Below, one piece after another: positions 12,002 through 24,060 of a DNA stretch of 41,000 bases. Each line of letters opens with the position of its first letter. Position 1 is the stretch's first letter. This stretch comes from Mustelus asterias. Taxonomy: Eukaryota. Made by a program: the position numbers and the translations under genes. The notes below the pieces were generated by a model. It was given only the letters and a program-made list of their open reading frames with translations, had not been told where the DNA came from and did not search any database. The stretch lies in contig NW_027593001.1 of NCBI RefSeq assembly GCF_964213995.1, forward strand, positions 1-41,000, in the 5' to 3' direction.

Positions 12002-13096
12002 ACGGAGAAACCGTGGAAATGTGGGGACTGTGGGAAAGGATTCAGATCTCCATCCGAGCTGGAAATTCATCGACGCAGACACACTGGGGAGAGACCGTTC
12101 ACCTGCTCTAAGTGTGGGAAGGGATTTACTAATTCATCTGATCTGCACACACACCAGCGAGTTCACACAGGAGAGAGGCCCTTCACCTGCTCTGTGTGTG
12201 GGAAAGGATTCTCTCGCTCATCCAACCTGTTAGAACACCAGAAAATTCACACTGGAAACAAGCCATTCACCTGTTCTGTTTGTGGAAAGGGATTCTCGTG
12301 GTCCTCCCACCTCCTGGTACACCAGCGGGTTCACACTGGGGAGAGGCCGTTCACCTGCTCTGAGTGTGGGAAGGGATTCACTCGGTCCTGTAAACTGCAG
12401 ATGCACCAGCGATTTCATGCTAGTGAGAGGCCGTTCACCTGTTCTGAGTGTGGGAAGGGATTCATTTATTCATCTACCCTGCGAACACACCAGCGAGTTC
12501 ACACTGGGGAGAGGCCGTTCACCTGCTCTGAATGTGGGAAGGGATTCACTCGGTCAGCCCACCTACAGACACACCAGCGAATTCACACCGGGGAGAGGCC
12601 ATTCCCCTGCTCCGATTGTGGGAAGGGATTTACTCGGTTTTCCATCTTGAAAACTCACCAGCGAGTTCACAGTAGGGAGAAGCTATTCACCTGCTGTCAA
12701 TGTGGAGAGGAATTCTCTCGGTTATCCATCCTGCAGACACACCAGCGAATTCACACAGGCGAGAAACCGTTCACGTGTTCTGACTGTGGGAAGAGATTCT
12801 TTCATTCATCCGCCCTGCTGAGACATCAGCGAGTTCACACCAAGGAGAGGCCATTCCCCTGCTCCGAGTGTGGGAAAGCATTCACGCAGTTATCCAATCT
12901 GCAAACACATCAACAAATTCACACCGGGGAGAGACCGTTCACCTGCTCTGTGTGTGGAAAGGGGTTCACTCGATTATCCCACCTGCGGACACACCAGCGA
13001 ATCCACACTGGGGAGAGGCCGTTCCCCTGCTCTGAATGTGGGAAGGGATTCACTCGGTTATCCATCCTGAAGACACATCAGCGAGTTCACAAGTGA
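12002..13096 (+). CDS. 13-finger C2H2 ZNF (ZNF-3); open frame, but the family ATG is ACG
   Basis: Stop-free 364-codon frame (T)EKPWKCGDC...HQRVHK*. Acceptor ttttacag at 11654. In-frame stop just upstream at ~11963. Confidence 0.7.
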   Translation, partial: TEKPWKCGDCGKGFRSPSELEIHRRRHTGERPFTCSKCGKGFTNSSDLHTHQRVHTGERPFTCSVCGKGFSRSSNLLEHQKIHTGNKPFTCSVCGKGFSWSSHLLVHQRVHTGERPFTCSECGKGFTRSCKLQMHQRFHASERPFTCSECGKGFIYSSTLRTHQRVHTGERPFTCSECGKGFTRSAHLQTHQRIHTGERPFPCSDCGKGFTRFSILKTHQRVHSREKLFTCCQCGEEFSRLSILQTHQRIHTGEKPFTCSDCGKRFFHSSALLRHQRVHTKERPFPCSECGKAFTQLSNLQTHQQIHTGERPFTCSVCGKGFTRLSHLRTHQRIHTGERPFPCSECGKGFTRLSILKTHQRVHK

Positions 13097-13137
13097 TTGC
13101 AGGGGGTGGATTGTGCTGTTATTGCTGCTGTTAATCA

Positions 13138-13241
13138 CAGTAAGAAGTCTCACAACACCAGGTTAAAGTTTGGACTTTAACCTGGTGTTGTGAGACTTTT
13201 CACTGTGCTTACCCCAGTCCAATGCCGGCATCTCCACATCA
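13138..13241. mobile_element. Penelope-like hairpin mini-element in the ZNF-3 3' UTR
   Basis: Near-perfect inverted arms plus tail. TSD tgttaatca at 13129-13137 and 13242-13250. Confidence 0.8.
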
Positions 13242-14299
13242 TGTTAATCATAACCAGGACTCAACCATGTTCATTCTGATAGTTGGTGAAATGGGAGGGT
13301 TGGAGGGTTTCTTTCTGCTGGAGCCTCCCAACCTTTCTAAAGAGCAGTAACCTGAGCTGGGCTCAGTGTTCTGGTGTGGCCTCACCAGAGCTTTAGAAAC
13401 TATCAGAATAACCTCCCTGCTTTTGTTTTCAATTCCTCAATTTCTGAAGCCCGAGATCCCAGATTTTCCAAACAGGAACATCAAACAGTTTTGCCAGAAA
13501 ATAAAATGCATTTTAACAACATTCTTAAAATGGCAGAAGAAGATTTTGACCAGTGAAGGAAGGAGTTGTTGACACAAACAGAAGCTATTTTGAACTTGCT
13601 CTCTCCAAAAGAGAATCCAGAATGTTTGAGTCTGGGAAATGAAATTAAAAATGAAGCTCCAGCTACAACTGAGCAAGAAGAAGACATTTCAATGTGGAAT
13701 TGAGTGGAATATTCTCTCTGGATTTAAACAATGGAGGAACTGCAAACGTGAAAGAAAATAAATTTCAAAATGTGAACTCTGTACAGACTGTTTTCAAAAT
13801 AGAACTTGAAAATTCACAAATGAACAGCAATGAAGACTCTCCTTTTGCAGGAGGAACTTTGGATTATAATTATTGGAAGAAGAAAAGTTTCAGAAAAGAC
13901 TGCAAGCAGTAATTTCCATCTTCAGTGGGCTGAATTCCTGGACATGGAACCCAGCAGTGTGCTGAGTATAAAGAAACTCTTGGGGTGAGGTAAAAAAATG
14001 GAACTAGATTTATATCATAAATCTTTATCGACTGTAGTATTCAATTTGTAGTGTTGTCTTTTTAAATTTTATTTAAACATACAGTAAAGTTTGTTTTTGT
14101 TTAAAAATGTGGAATCTTGTGATGTAATTCTTTCAGTTAATCACTGGGTGTTCGAATTTCTCTGCAAACATTAACAGTCCTGACCGGGATCGCAAAAATT
14201 CACACAAAGTGTTTCAAAACAAATCGAAGAAAAAGATGGTTTTTCTTCTTCAGTCCAAACGTTACACATGAAGAAACCCTCTTCTGGTATCTCCAATAA

Positions 14300-15008
14300 T
14301 TTGTTGCTTCGAGCAATTCTTTTCATGGAACAATCAGATAATTGATGACTGAAAATGGAACTAATTGTATCCCTTTAAAGCAGGAGGGCGATCGCCCGGC
14401 ACAGAGGGGAATCTGGGATTTCTCCCATAGACCAATTGACAGGGATTCTACCCTCCAACCACCTGAAGTGAATTCTTTACATGAATCATCCGTGCCAGTG
14501 CAGGTATCAACCTGCAGTTTGGCTGATCAGAAAATGCTTTGTTGCTGATTTTCCTTGTGTTAGGAAGTGACAATGCCAAGGCCAGATCTTGTTTCCTCCT
14601 TGATCGGGATGTAACCCGTGTCCACATCGCCACTTCATTCTTCCACTGGTTGTATGGTTCAGACTCCGAGAGCATCAGCAGGTAATCAGACCCTGACAAT
14701 TCCCACTGCCTTTCAGTCATTTCTCACAAAAGCTGCTGGGATTGGAAGCTTCCGTCTGAAATATACTTTCTTTTAGTTTCCAACCTTCACCATTAGACAA
14801 GCATTTTCTGTTACCATGTTATAATCCTGACAGCCTTGGGGTGGAGTCAATCTTTATTTGGTCTAGATTTGTTCACAGAATCAAACATTACAGGTTCAAC
14901 TCTGACTCCAAGCTATATTAGTGAGTCCCACTTCATACCTGCTCATTATAACTATCTAATCAGTGCCCTCCATCTGAATAAACTTAACCTCTATTGATAT
15001 AATTAACA
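14300..15008 (-). mobile_element. LTR retrotransposon remnant: 5' LTR (14817-15008), PBS, gag N-terminus
   Basis: TGT...ACA LTR with aataaa, followed directly by TGGTAACAGA (tRNA-iMet-like PBS). The peptide YNQWKNEVAMWTRVT..KQDLALALSLP is gag-like. Confidence 0.65.
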
Positions 15009-15045
15009 GCCACCGTCAGAGCATCCAAAAGGTCACTAATCGGTG

Positions 15046-15998
15046 TTACTGCCATAGTGTCTCAGCAGCTTGGGTGAACAAGCATTGGTGTGTCAGCGGG
15101 AGGGATGAGTGAGTGAATCCCTTCCCACACTCGGAGCAGATGAATGGCCTCGGCCCAGTGTGAATGCGTTGGTGTGTCAGCGGGAGGGATGAGTGAGTGA
15201 ATCCCTTCCCACGCTCTGAGCAGATGAATGGCCTCGGCCCAGTGTGAATGCGTTGGTGTGTCAGCGGGAGGGATGAGTGAGTGAATCCCTTCCCACGCTC
15301 TGAGCAGGGGAACAGTCCCTCACCCATGTGAAAACGCTGGTGGTTCTGCAGGGTAGATGACTGAGTGAATCCCTTTCCACACACAAAACAGGTGAATGGT
15401 CTCTCCCCATTGTGAACCCGCTGGTGTGTCAGCAGGGCAGACGAATCGCTGAATTTCTTCCCACACTCAGAGCAGGTGAATGGCCTCTCGCTGATGTGAA
15501 GTCGCTGGTGATCCCTCAGGGTGGATGAATCACGAAATCCCCTTCCAAACTCAGAGCAGGTGAACGGTGTCTCCACAGTGTGGCTGCATCGAAGGGTTTC
15601 CAGCTTCGAGGGACAATTGAATCTCTTCCCACAGTCCCTACATTTCCATGGTCTGAGTGTCTTTGTAATCTCCAGGTTCAGATGAAGGTTTGACCCCACA
15701 GATAACACATAAATGGTCTTTCTCCTCACTGTGAATCCTTCAGTCTTTTCCAGGCTGTGTAACTGGTTAAAGTTCTTTCCACAGTCAGTTCACTGGAATA
15801 CTCTCACTCGAGTGAATGTGTCTCAGTGATTTTCCAGTCACACTGATGTTTAAACAGTTTGAAGGAACAGACAAACATTTTCCATTCTAGTTTCAAATGT
15901 CGATGGTATTCAGATCCTAAATAATTGGGTGACTCTGTCAGATCCTAACGTCATGTTTGTTGAGATTTGTGTCTGTAAATTCTCCCCTTCTAATAGCC
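15046..15998 (-). pseudogene. Degenerate C2H2 ZNF (ZNF-4)
   Basis: Fingers have lost Cys/His ligands (CSEF, CSER). The last three fingers are near-identical 84-bp copies. Acceptor tttcacag at ~15998. Confidence 0.8.
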
Positions 15999-16687
15999 TG
16001 TGAAAGAAATTCACAAAAATCATTGCTGCCAGTCCAGGATAAAAACTCAGAACAGACAATTCTAGTTTCTGTGGAACATTCTTTCCTCTCATTCTTGAAA
16101 ATTTGTAAATCTCCATCCCAAACACTCTCCCTCCATTCTCACTTTGCTGGACCTGAAATAGACATTGTCCTGAGGGTGCTGATTCATCCTAATCGACAGA
16201 TCCATGCTGACTGTTTCATGTACAGGACACATATTCCTGAAATCTTCACACAGGCTTGTGTCCAAGCATATAAAAAATTTGCATATTTAGTGAACTAAAA
16301 ATGTATGCAATATTCAGAACTCTATTACATGATTAGAGATACAGATGGGTGCAGAAGAACTTAACATGGGAGCAAGCAATCATGTTCTGGAACTCACTGA
16401 CGATGAGAGTGGTGGAAGTGGAGACGACCAGTGATTTCAAAATAAAATTGGTCGGGCACTTGAAGGAATGAAACGTACTGGGGAACAGGGATATGGAGGA
16501 AAAATGGCACTGAGTGGATTCCCCGACAGAGACTTGGCACGGACTCAAGCTGCTGAATTGATTTATCTTGTGCTCTGCTGACTCTTTAACTGGAAAATAT
16601 ACAGTGTAGTTACAATACTATTCTGGAATTAAACAACATCAACTGTAATACAAATCCATAAATAACATACCTAATATGCACCATATA

Positions 16688-16887
16688 GTAAGAAGTCTCA
16701 CAACACCAGGTTAAAGTCCAACAGGTTTATTTGGAATCACAAGCTTTCACAGCGCTGCCCCTTCATCAGGTGAGAAGGAGCAGCGCTCTGAAAGCTCGTG
16801 ATTCCAAATAAACCTGTTGGACTTTAACCAGGTGTTGTGAGACTTCTTACTGTGCCCACCCCAGTCCAACACCGGCATCTCCACATC
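16688..16887. mobile_element. Penelope-like palindromic element (family 1)
   Basis: ~80-bp inverted arms, two opposed hammerhead-like motifs, a one-sided tail, and a 14-bp TSD atatgcaccatata (16674-16687, 16888-16901). Confidence 0.85.
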
Positions 16888-17384
16888 ATATGCACCATAT
16901 AACAACACCAGACATATCAATGTTTTTACGATCCTCATGGTCAACTTATAATAAACAAATTCCCACAAATCCCAAGGGAATAAACTGAAAGACAATGTTT
17001 TATTTATTAAATTTTTACTTTAAAAAATAATCTAAAATTATCATCACTGAATCATTCATTAAGAAACAGTATTTGAATAGACAGGATAAATTACACTTTA
17101 AAAAGCTCAGACAATAAAAACAGGTTCCACAAAATCACAAACATTTTCCCCCTCAGCATATTTAGCTCTAATTCCAGTTCCAGAGAATTTCTCTGTCTCT
17201 GTATTTCCCAGGGGACGAAAGAAAGTATTTTCCTCACAGATGTTGGCCAGAGGAGAAAGTTTGAGTCTGTGGTGAAGTTTGAGTCTGTGTGTGAAGCTAC
17301 AAACAGAAGCTGAGCTGTTTCAAATCAAACTGCGGGACTTGGAAGAAAATGATGGGAAGAGATTTTGCAATCCTCCCATGCAGC

Positions 17385-17900
17385 GTACTCCAGACTGTCA
17401 CCACCCTCTGGGTAAACAGGTTTTCCTCACATTCCCCCGAAACCTCCTGCCCCTCACCTTGAACCTATTTCGCCTTGTGACTGACCCTTCAATTAAGGGG
17501 AATAGCTGCTCTTTATCCACTCTGTCCGTGTATCTCATAATCTTGTACACCTCGATCAGGTCGCCCCTCAGTTTTCTCTGCTCCAACGAAAACAAGCCAA
17601 GCCTACCCAACCTTGCTTCATAACTTAAATGTTCTATCCCAGGTAGTATCCTGGTAAATATCTTCTGCATCCCCTGCATTGCAATCACATCCTTCCGAGA
17701 ATGTGGCGACCTGAACTGCACACGGTACTCAAGCCTCACCAAAGTTCTGCACAGTTCCAACATGAGTTCCCTGCTTTTGCAACCTATGTCATGATTAACA
17801 AAGTGAAGTGTCACGTATGCCCTTTTCACCACCCTACTAACATACCCTTCCTCTTTCAGACATCTGTGGACAAACACGCCAAGTTCCCTTCGTTCCACAG
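17385..17900 (-). mobile_element. CR1/HER1 LINE fragment
   Basis: LEYRVQFRSP and LFSLEQRKLRGDLIEVYKI motifs. Confidence 0.9.
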
Positions 17901-18774
17901 AACACAAACTACCAAACTTGATGGTCACGTTCTTAACGAGGTCAACACGTTGATTATCAGCCTGTAAATCCTTTCGGTATTGCTGATGGCAGGTGATGGG
18001 AACGGAACAGATACCTGGTCAACAATACTGCAGAAGTCAATGACAGACCGCTGGAGTACTTTGAAATCACAGAGCGATCAAATGGACATCCATGGTCACC
18101 AATGCCCTCTTCGGGCATGGTAACTGGAAGAGGAGGAGGTGGACGACACAAGAGGCTTAGAGAGTGGACTCTATAAATCAATGTCACTCGGCAATCTGGA
18201 TAACCAGGTTTGCGCAACGTTTCTCATCAGTAAACAAACCTTCTTAAAAATAACGGTGTCCAATGATCCTTATTTGTTAACCAACAAAACCACAGTCTTC
18301 CATTATAAGTTAATGTATGTACTTGAAACTTTGATTAAATTAACCCGCCAGGCCTGCTTCGATAGCACCTTCGAAATCCGGAATCTCTTTCATTTCTAAG
18401 GAGAAGAGGAACAGATGCACGAAAACATCACATTCTGCGGCACCACTTCAAGCCACACACCATCCTCATTTTGAACCATATCGCCGTTCCTTGCGTCAAC
18501 ATTCTGGAAATCGTTTTCTGCTTAGGATTACTGGCAGAGGACAACCAATTAGAAAAGTATGGAAGGAGAAATGAAAGAAAGTGAGACATTACGAGTGCGA
18601 AATACAAAGCCAACTGATGGGGGGAGGACAGAAAGGAAGAGATTCAGAAATGACACAGAATGCACTGTTCTTTCAATTCATTTATATTTCCCTAGCGTGT
18701 GTTTACATAGTTGAATTGTTTGAAAACACGTCTCTCAATAAAAGACCGCTGGAGTCTGCCCATCGACAACCTTG

Positions 18775-18925
18775 CGCTTGTGGACAGTGTCACGTACCCT
18801 GAGTCACCGTCAGAGGGCGCAGTCGTCACATGTTTCTCCAAACTTGAAATGACACGGACAATGTCTCTGATACCATTGACATACCGTTGCTATTGGCAAC
18901 AAAGCCCGCAGTCTATTTTTTCTGC
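18775..18925 (+). pseudogene. Possible decayed TRA/DV relic
   Basis: DSVT..EGAVVT...YWQQ.SPQSI roughly parallels the intact V at 20947. No RSS seen. Confidence 0.3.
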
Positions 18926-18977
18926 TCTGTGTCGCCCCCTCTCTCTGGCCTACCTCACGTGTCCTGCATTACTAAAT

Positions 18978-19190
18978 GAGCGGCACGGTGGCACAGTGGT
19001 TATCATTGCTGCCTTACAGCGCAAGGAACCCAGATACAATTCCGGCCTTGGATGACTGTCTGTGCGGAGTTTGCACGTTCTCTCCGTGTCTACCTGGGTA
19101 TTCTCCAGATGCTACGGTTTCCTCCCACAGTCCAAAAATTTGCAGGTTAGGTGCATTGGTCATGCTAAATTGCCCCTTAGTGTTACGGGG
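18978..19190 (+). mobile_element. HE1-like SINE
   Basis: gagcggcacggtggcacagtggtta head and SINE core. Confidence 0.8.
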
Positions 19191-19936
19191 ATTTTTTCCG
19201 AACTGTAGAGTCATAGACTCGGGGAGAAGGAAGCAGAACCACAACCGACCTCTCCTCATCAATTTTCTCACTTCTCACTTAGCGTTTCCTTCCCAATTGA
19301 AAGTAAAGAATATGCTGTTCTCCTGACCGCTGTAACTCAGGCATTGCCATTATTCAAATGATATGAACTCTTTTAAAAAATTATTAATTGGGCGTCGGTG
19401 ACAAGACAATATTTCTGTCCATCACCTTTTGTCCTCGAACCGGGCTGGGATATTTGAGAATTCGTTATATTGTTGTTATTCTGCAATCACACACATTCCA
19501 GGCCTCGCTAGGATGGCATATTTCCTTCCACAAAGTGCATTAGTGAACTAGGTGGATTTGCAGTGAAAGCGTTCCAGCACCATCAATGCGACTAGCTTTC
19601 AATATCAATTCATCACATTTAAATTTAACCTTGACTTTTCTAAATTTAAATTTTGACCATTTTTCTCCAAAATCGAATTGAAATATAACGATTTGATATG
19701 GTGGGAATTGAACTAATTTTCCCAAAGCATTATTCTGGGCCCTTGAACTACTTGTCCAGTGACCCCCATGTTGATAATAATTAATAAGAAAAAGCGCAAG
19801 TTCTTAAAGTTGACTCTTCCCAGTACATTATATCAGAATGGGATCACAACCACACAGTGCATCGGGTTGTCTCTGAGTGGACCTTTGAAGAAACGGCAAT
19901 GTCACAATTAGCTGCACCAACCCTGCTGATTTCAGA

Positions 19937-20050
19937 CAGTAAGAAGTCTCACAACACCAGGTTAAAGTCCAGCAGGTTTATTTGGTAGCAAATACCATAA
20001 GCTTTCGGAGCACAGCTCCTTCGTCAGATGGAGTGGATATCTGTTCTCCA
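19937..20050 (-). mobile_element. Penelope-like pLTR fragment (family 1)
   Basis: Family terminus cagtaagaagtctcacaacaccaggttaaagtcc. Confidence 0.8.
19995..20031 (-). ncRNA. Minimal type I hammerhead ribozyme motif
   Basis: CCAU-CUGACGA-A-GGAGC-UGU-GCUCC-GAAA-GC-UU-AUGG: full core, paired helices I and II, and palindromic AGCU in place of helix III. Confidence 0.7.
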
Positions 20051-20780
20051 ACAGTGCATGGCCAGCTTTCAGGACAGCACCCACAGTACACACTTTACAT
20101 TATCTCAGGAATAATATACAGGCAACTAGACTTCATTGATTGATTTCTCTGTACCTTCAGTAAAACAAAGAAGATTGCATGGTATTCACAGCCCATCCAC
20201 CGATATCTCAACATTCGAACATAAAAATTAGGCTGCCTGCAAATCTGCTCTAACATTCAGTCAGATTACAGTTCATCTGATTTTCCGTTTAAATCCACTT
20301 TTCTGCCTTGATCTTCTTGAACCGTGGCATACATTTTCGTTAAAATGTTGAATTTCACTCAGTTTTAAAATTATTCAGTGGCCCACAGCCTCCACCGTTC
20401 TCTGGACTCTCACTGAGACTCAGGCACTAATGCTTGGATGCTAAAATTAAGAGAATGTGCACAGAACATTGATTGGAAATCCACCAAATGTATCAACACT
20501 CCTTGCTCCTCCGTTCCAATAACAAAATGAAGGTTTTTTTCTTGACATCCCGTTTCCAAAGCGGAACAATTCGCCCAACAGGGACACCGAATGTAGTACA
20601 GGTTGGGGAGCTTCTATTCACTGATAGTCATCTGAGCAATTACCAATCTCAGGGTGCCACTGGCGAGACACGGAACTGACGCATGAGCCTCTGAGAAATG
20701 TCGTCAGATTATTAAGGGTGGGGATTTAGAATGGGTGTCTTCAAATAACCAATTCCGCCTTCACAGAGCGGACAGAGACA

Positions 20781-21239
20781 ATGAAGATACTCGTCATTTG
20801 GATTGTGTGGGGGGCATTTCTAACAGGTATTTCTGGGCATCACGTTAGTTTTCTCATTTCCAAAACTTGGGTTGAATCTTACTGTTGAGTGCACGTCACT
20901 CTTTTCTTTATCTATTTGAACATATTTTCCAGGTCTGACCCATGGAGATTCTGTCACTCAGCCGCTGTCCTCAGATGTTAAGCCAGAAGGAGACGTGGTG
21001 ACATTAAACTGCAACTATGATACTGCAGAAACCAACTATTATTTATACTGGTATCGACAGCATCCAGACTCCCAGCCCGAGTACATACTGTGGAAGTACT
21101 CGGGGGGTAATGAATATCAAGCAGATTTTGCTAAAATCCGTTTCTCGACTGACCTCCAAACCTCGAAGAAATCCATCAGTTTGACTATCTCGGATCTGCA
21201 GTTGTCTGACGCGGCCGTGTATTACTGCGCTTTCAGCCT
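20781..21239 (+). CDS. TCR alpha/delta variable gene segment, apparently functional (leader exon 20781-20826, V exon 20933-21239)
   Basis: Leader MKILVIWIVWGAFLTG, phase-1 GT-AG intron, and DSVTQP..LNC..YWYRQ..LSDAAVYYC. Confidence 0.93.
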
Positions 21240-21278
21240 CACAGTGATGGAAAGCAGCCTGAGTCCTGTACAAAAACT
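21240..21278 (+). other. 23-bp-spacer RSS
   Basis: cacagtg, 23 nt, acaaaaact. Confidence 0.95.
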
Positions 21279-22435
21279 GTCTCAGCAGGATAAGTCAGAG
21301 CTCCTCGCTGCTGTCTAGAACTTCTGGCAGATGCAGCCACAATGAGCAGCGGCGCTGTCAGCCGCTCAAACACAAACCGACAGGAAACCATATTCACCTC
21401 GGATCAACTGTCACCCAACTGTTTCCAGGAGAGGCCGAGAAAACAAACTGCAGAACCGTTTTAGGCCGACAAGTCCATCACATAATGAATGTGTCAATTA
21501 AATCGTCCCTTCTGCTGCTAATCAACTCTGTATTCCTCTAAAATCAGACCTGGGTGATAAAATCCCAAACATCCGTCAAACCTGGCCGTGAAGCGCCACA
21601 CACACAGCAGACGGAGAGTTCTCCATGTTTGTGTGACGTCCTCTGATCCGGAAGTCCCTCTTTGTCCTTTTCTTATTTTTCCATGCCTGCTAACCATATT
21701 GAACACCACTCGCTCCATCTCCCTTTTCAGTTTCTGTGGGCCTTTGAGGGTGAGCTGTTCATAGCGTTTATTTGATCACTATTGCTATATTCGAGAGAGC
21801 TTGCACACCCTGAACACATTTCATAATGTTGTGACTTTGATTTCTCAAACAAATCCGAGCAGCCAGTTTCCACATCTCCCTGACTGTCTCCACCTGATAC
21901 CAGGGTAGCATTAAACTTCTTATCATATCTGGCTTGTTCACCTGTTTGTCGCTGCTCCGTGATTCTGTAAATCAGATGAATATTTGAATACTGTTTGGGA
22001 AACATTGTGAAATTCAATTGAATGATCAAAGTCAATGAGTTCTGAAATCTGTTCATTTTTCATAAACTGTTTCTGACCCAACAGCACAGTCTGATCAAAT
22101 AAAACCTGAGAACTGGTCTTGGGCCAAAGGCTCCAGAAATCTAAAAGGGGAGATGAGGAAGAGTTGTTTAATGTTACAGAGAGGCATGGAAACAGCTTCA
22201 AAACACTAAGTCAACGAAATAGTTCAAATAGATTTATAAAGGCGAGTTTAATTATGAACGCGAGTTAAAACCAACTAATACAATTCCGCAAGTGTCCCTC
22301 ACCTCTTCTTATGGGGGGTTATATTTTGTTCTTTTCGGAAGATTCCTGTGACTCTCACTGAGTTTAATTCTTGTCCCTATTTATCGGTGTGACAGCGCCA
22401 TCTTCTGGCCAACAACTGGAACTCCCATTCTGGGG

Positions 22436-24060
22436 GGTTTCGGACTGGATCCGCTCTATCTCTGTATCAGTGTGTGCTCCATCGCACGGAAATACACGGC
22501 AGGGACCTGGGTGTGCAAGTCCACAGATCTTTGAAGGTGACGTCACAGGTGGAGAAGGTGGTGAAGAAGGCATATGGCATGCTTGCCTTTATAGGACGGG
22601 GCATAGAGTATAAAAGTTGGGGTCTGATGTTGCAGATGTATAGAACGTTGGTTCGGCCGCATTTGGAATACTGCGTCCAGTTCTGGTCGCCACACTACCA
22701 GAAAGACGTGGAGGCTTTGGAGAGAGTACAGAGGAGGTTTACCAGGATGTTGCCTGGTATGGAGGGGCTTGGTTATGAGGAGAGATTGGGGAAACTGGGG
22801 TTGTTCTCCTTGGAAAGACGGAGGATGAGGGGAGACTTAATAGAGGTGTATAAAATTATGAAAGGCATAGATAGGGTGAACGGTGGGAAGCTTTTCCCGG
22901 GTCGGTGGTGACGTTCACGAGGGGTCATAGGTTCAAGGTGAAGGGGGGGGGGAGGTTTAACACAGATATCAGAAGGACATATTTCACACAGAGGGTCGTG
23001 GGGGCCTGGAATGTGTTGCCGGGCAAGGTGGTGGAGGCGGACACACTGGGAACGTTTAAGACTTATCTAGACAGCTATATGAACGGAGTGGGAATGGAGG
23101 GATACAAAAGAGTGGTCTAGTCTGGACCAGGGAGCGGCGCGGGCTAATTGTTCCTTGTTTCTCGTTTCAAGGCTTCATTCTATGATCATCTTGCTGGTGC
23201 CAGTACAGAGCGAGACTGCGGATAGTTGGGAACCTGTCTCGGGGGCAGGGAATTCATATCGTGTTCGTGGAAGTGGAAATGACTAGGGTTGGGAAGCATT
23301 TTCCGATCGGGGCCATTGTGATCTCCTGGACTCGTTTCGATCGCCTCAGGGGGTCGGAGAGGAATTTCCCAGATTTTTTTCCCCATATTGGCCCTGGGGT
23401 TTTTCACTCTGGGTTTTCGCCTCTCCCTGGAGATCACATGGTCTGGAATGGGGGGGTAGGGGTGAGTTAATAGGTTGTAATGAACAAAGCATCGTAGCTG
23501 TGAGGGACAGCTCGGTGGATAGGATTTTGGTATGTAGGTAGGCTGGAAAATTGGGCGGGGATCCTGGATTCAGGATTCAATCCTGGACCGGGGAGCGGCG
23601 CGGGCTTGGAGGGCCGAAGGGCCTGTTCCTGTGCTGTATTGTTCTTTGTTCTTTGTTCTTATCCGACAGAAGAGCCCCCGCGAGATATAAAGGAACTGTT
23701 TCATTTCCCTTCTGTAAATCTGCAGAAAACCTCCGTTTGGGGACCTTTCGTAACCCCCTAAGCTATATTTCTTCAGCAAATGTCTCGGAGCTTCCCCGGA
23801 ATACTGCATGTACCAGGGTAGAGTTGGGGTAGTGTAAGTTATCAAGTAACGGCAGTCCAGTCCACACTGTCCTTCCCGAATTGTTAATTTGAAATGAGCC
23901 TGGAACACTGAAGTTTTGCCACTCATTCCTGTCACACAAATACAGATTGGCTCAAAAGTCAGGGTTTAAAAATAACCACTGGATGACATGGTTACCATTT
24001 AATAATGGACCCGCCGGGCAGCAAGATCATTATAATCAGTAAGGAGCATGGAGAACACAT
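22436..24060 (-). pseudogene. Inverted TRA/DV pseudogene split by a CR1 insertion
   Basis: Leader 24060-24015 (MCSPCSLLIIMILLPG, GC donor). V exon from 23928 reads SVFQ..LDCRY..WYMQYSGEAP..LLSD, then the CR1, then AVYFRAME. RSS is cacactg(22474-22468), 23 nt, tccgaaacc. Confidence 0.85.
22501..23660 (+). mobile_element. CR1/HER1 LINE, 5'-truncated, with extended 3' UTR
   Basis: RPHLEYCVQFWSP and RGDLIEVYKI motifs, with a (gttcttt)n tail. Confidence 0.95.

Noticed and set aside
21338-21378. Second RSS-like motif cacaatg...acacaaacc after the intact V
   Set aside because: The spacer is 25 nt and no coding segment is adjacent. It is probably chance or part of the minus-strand relic.
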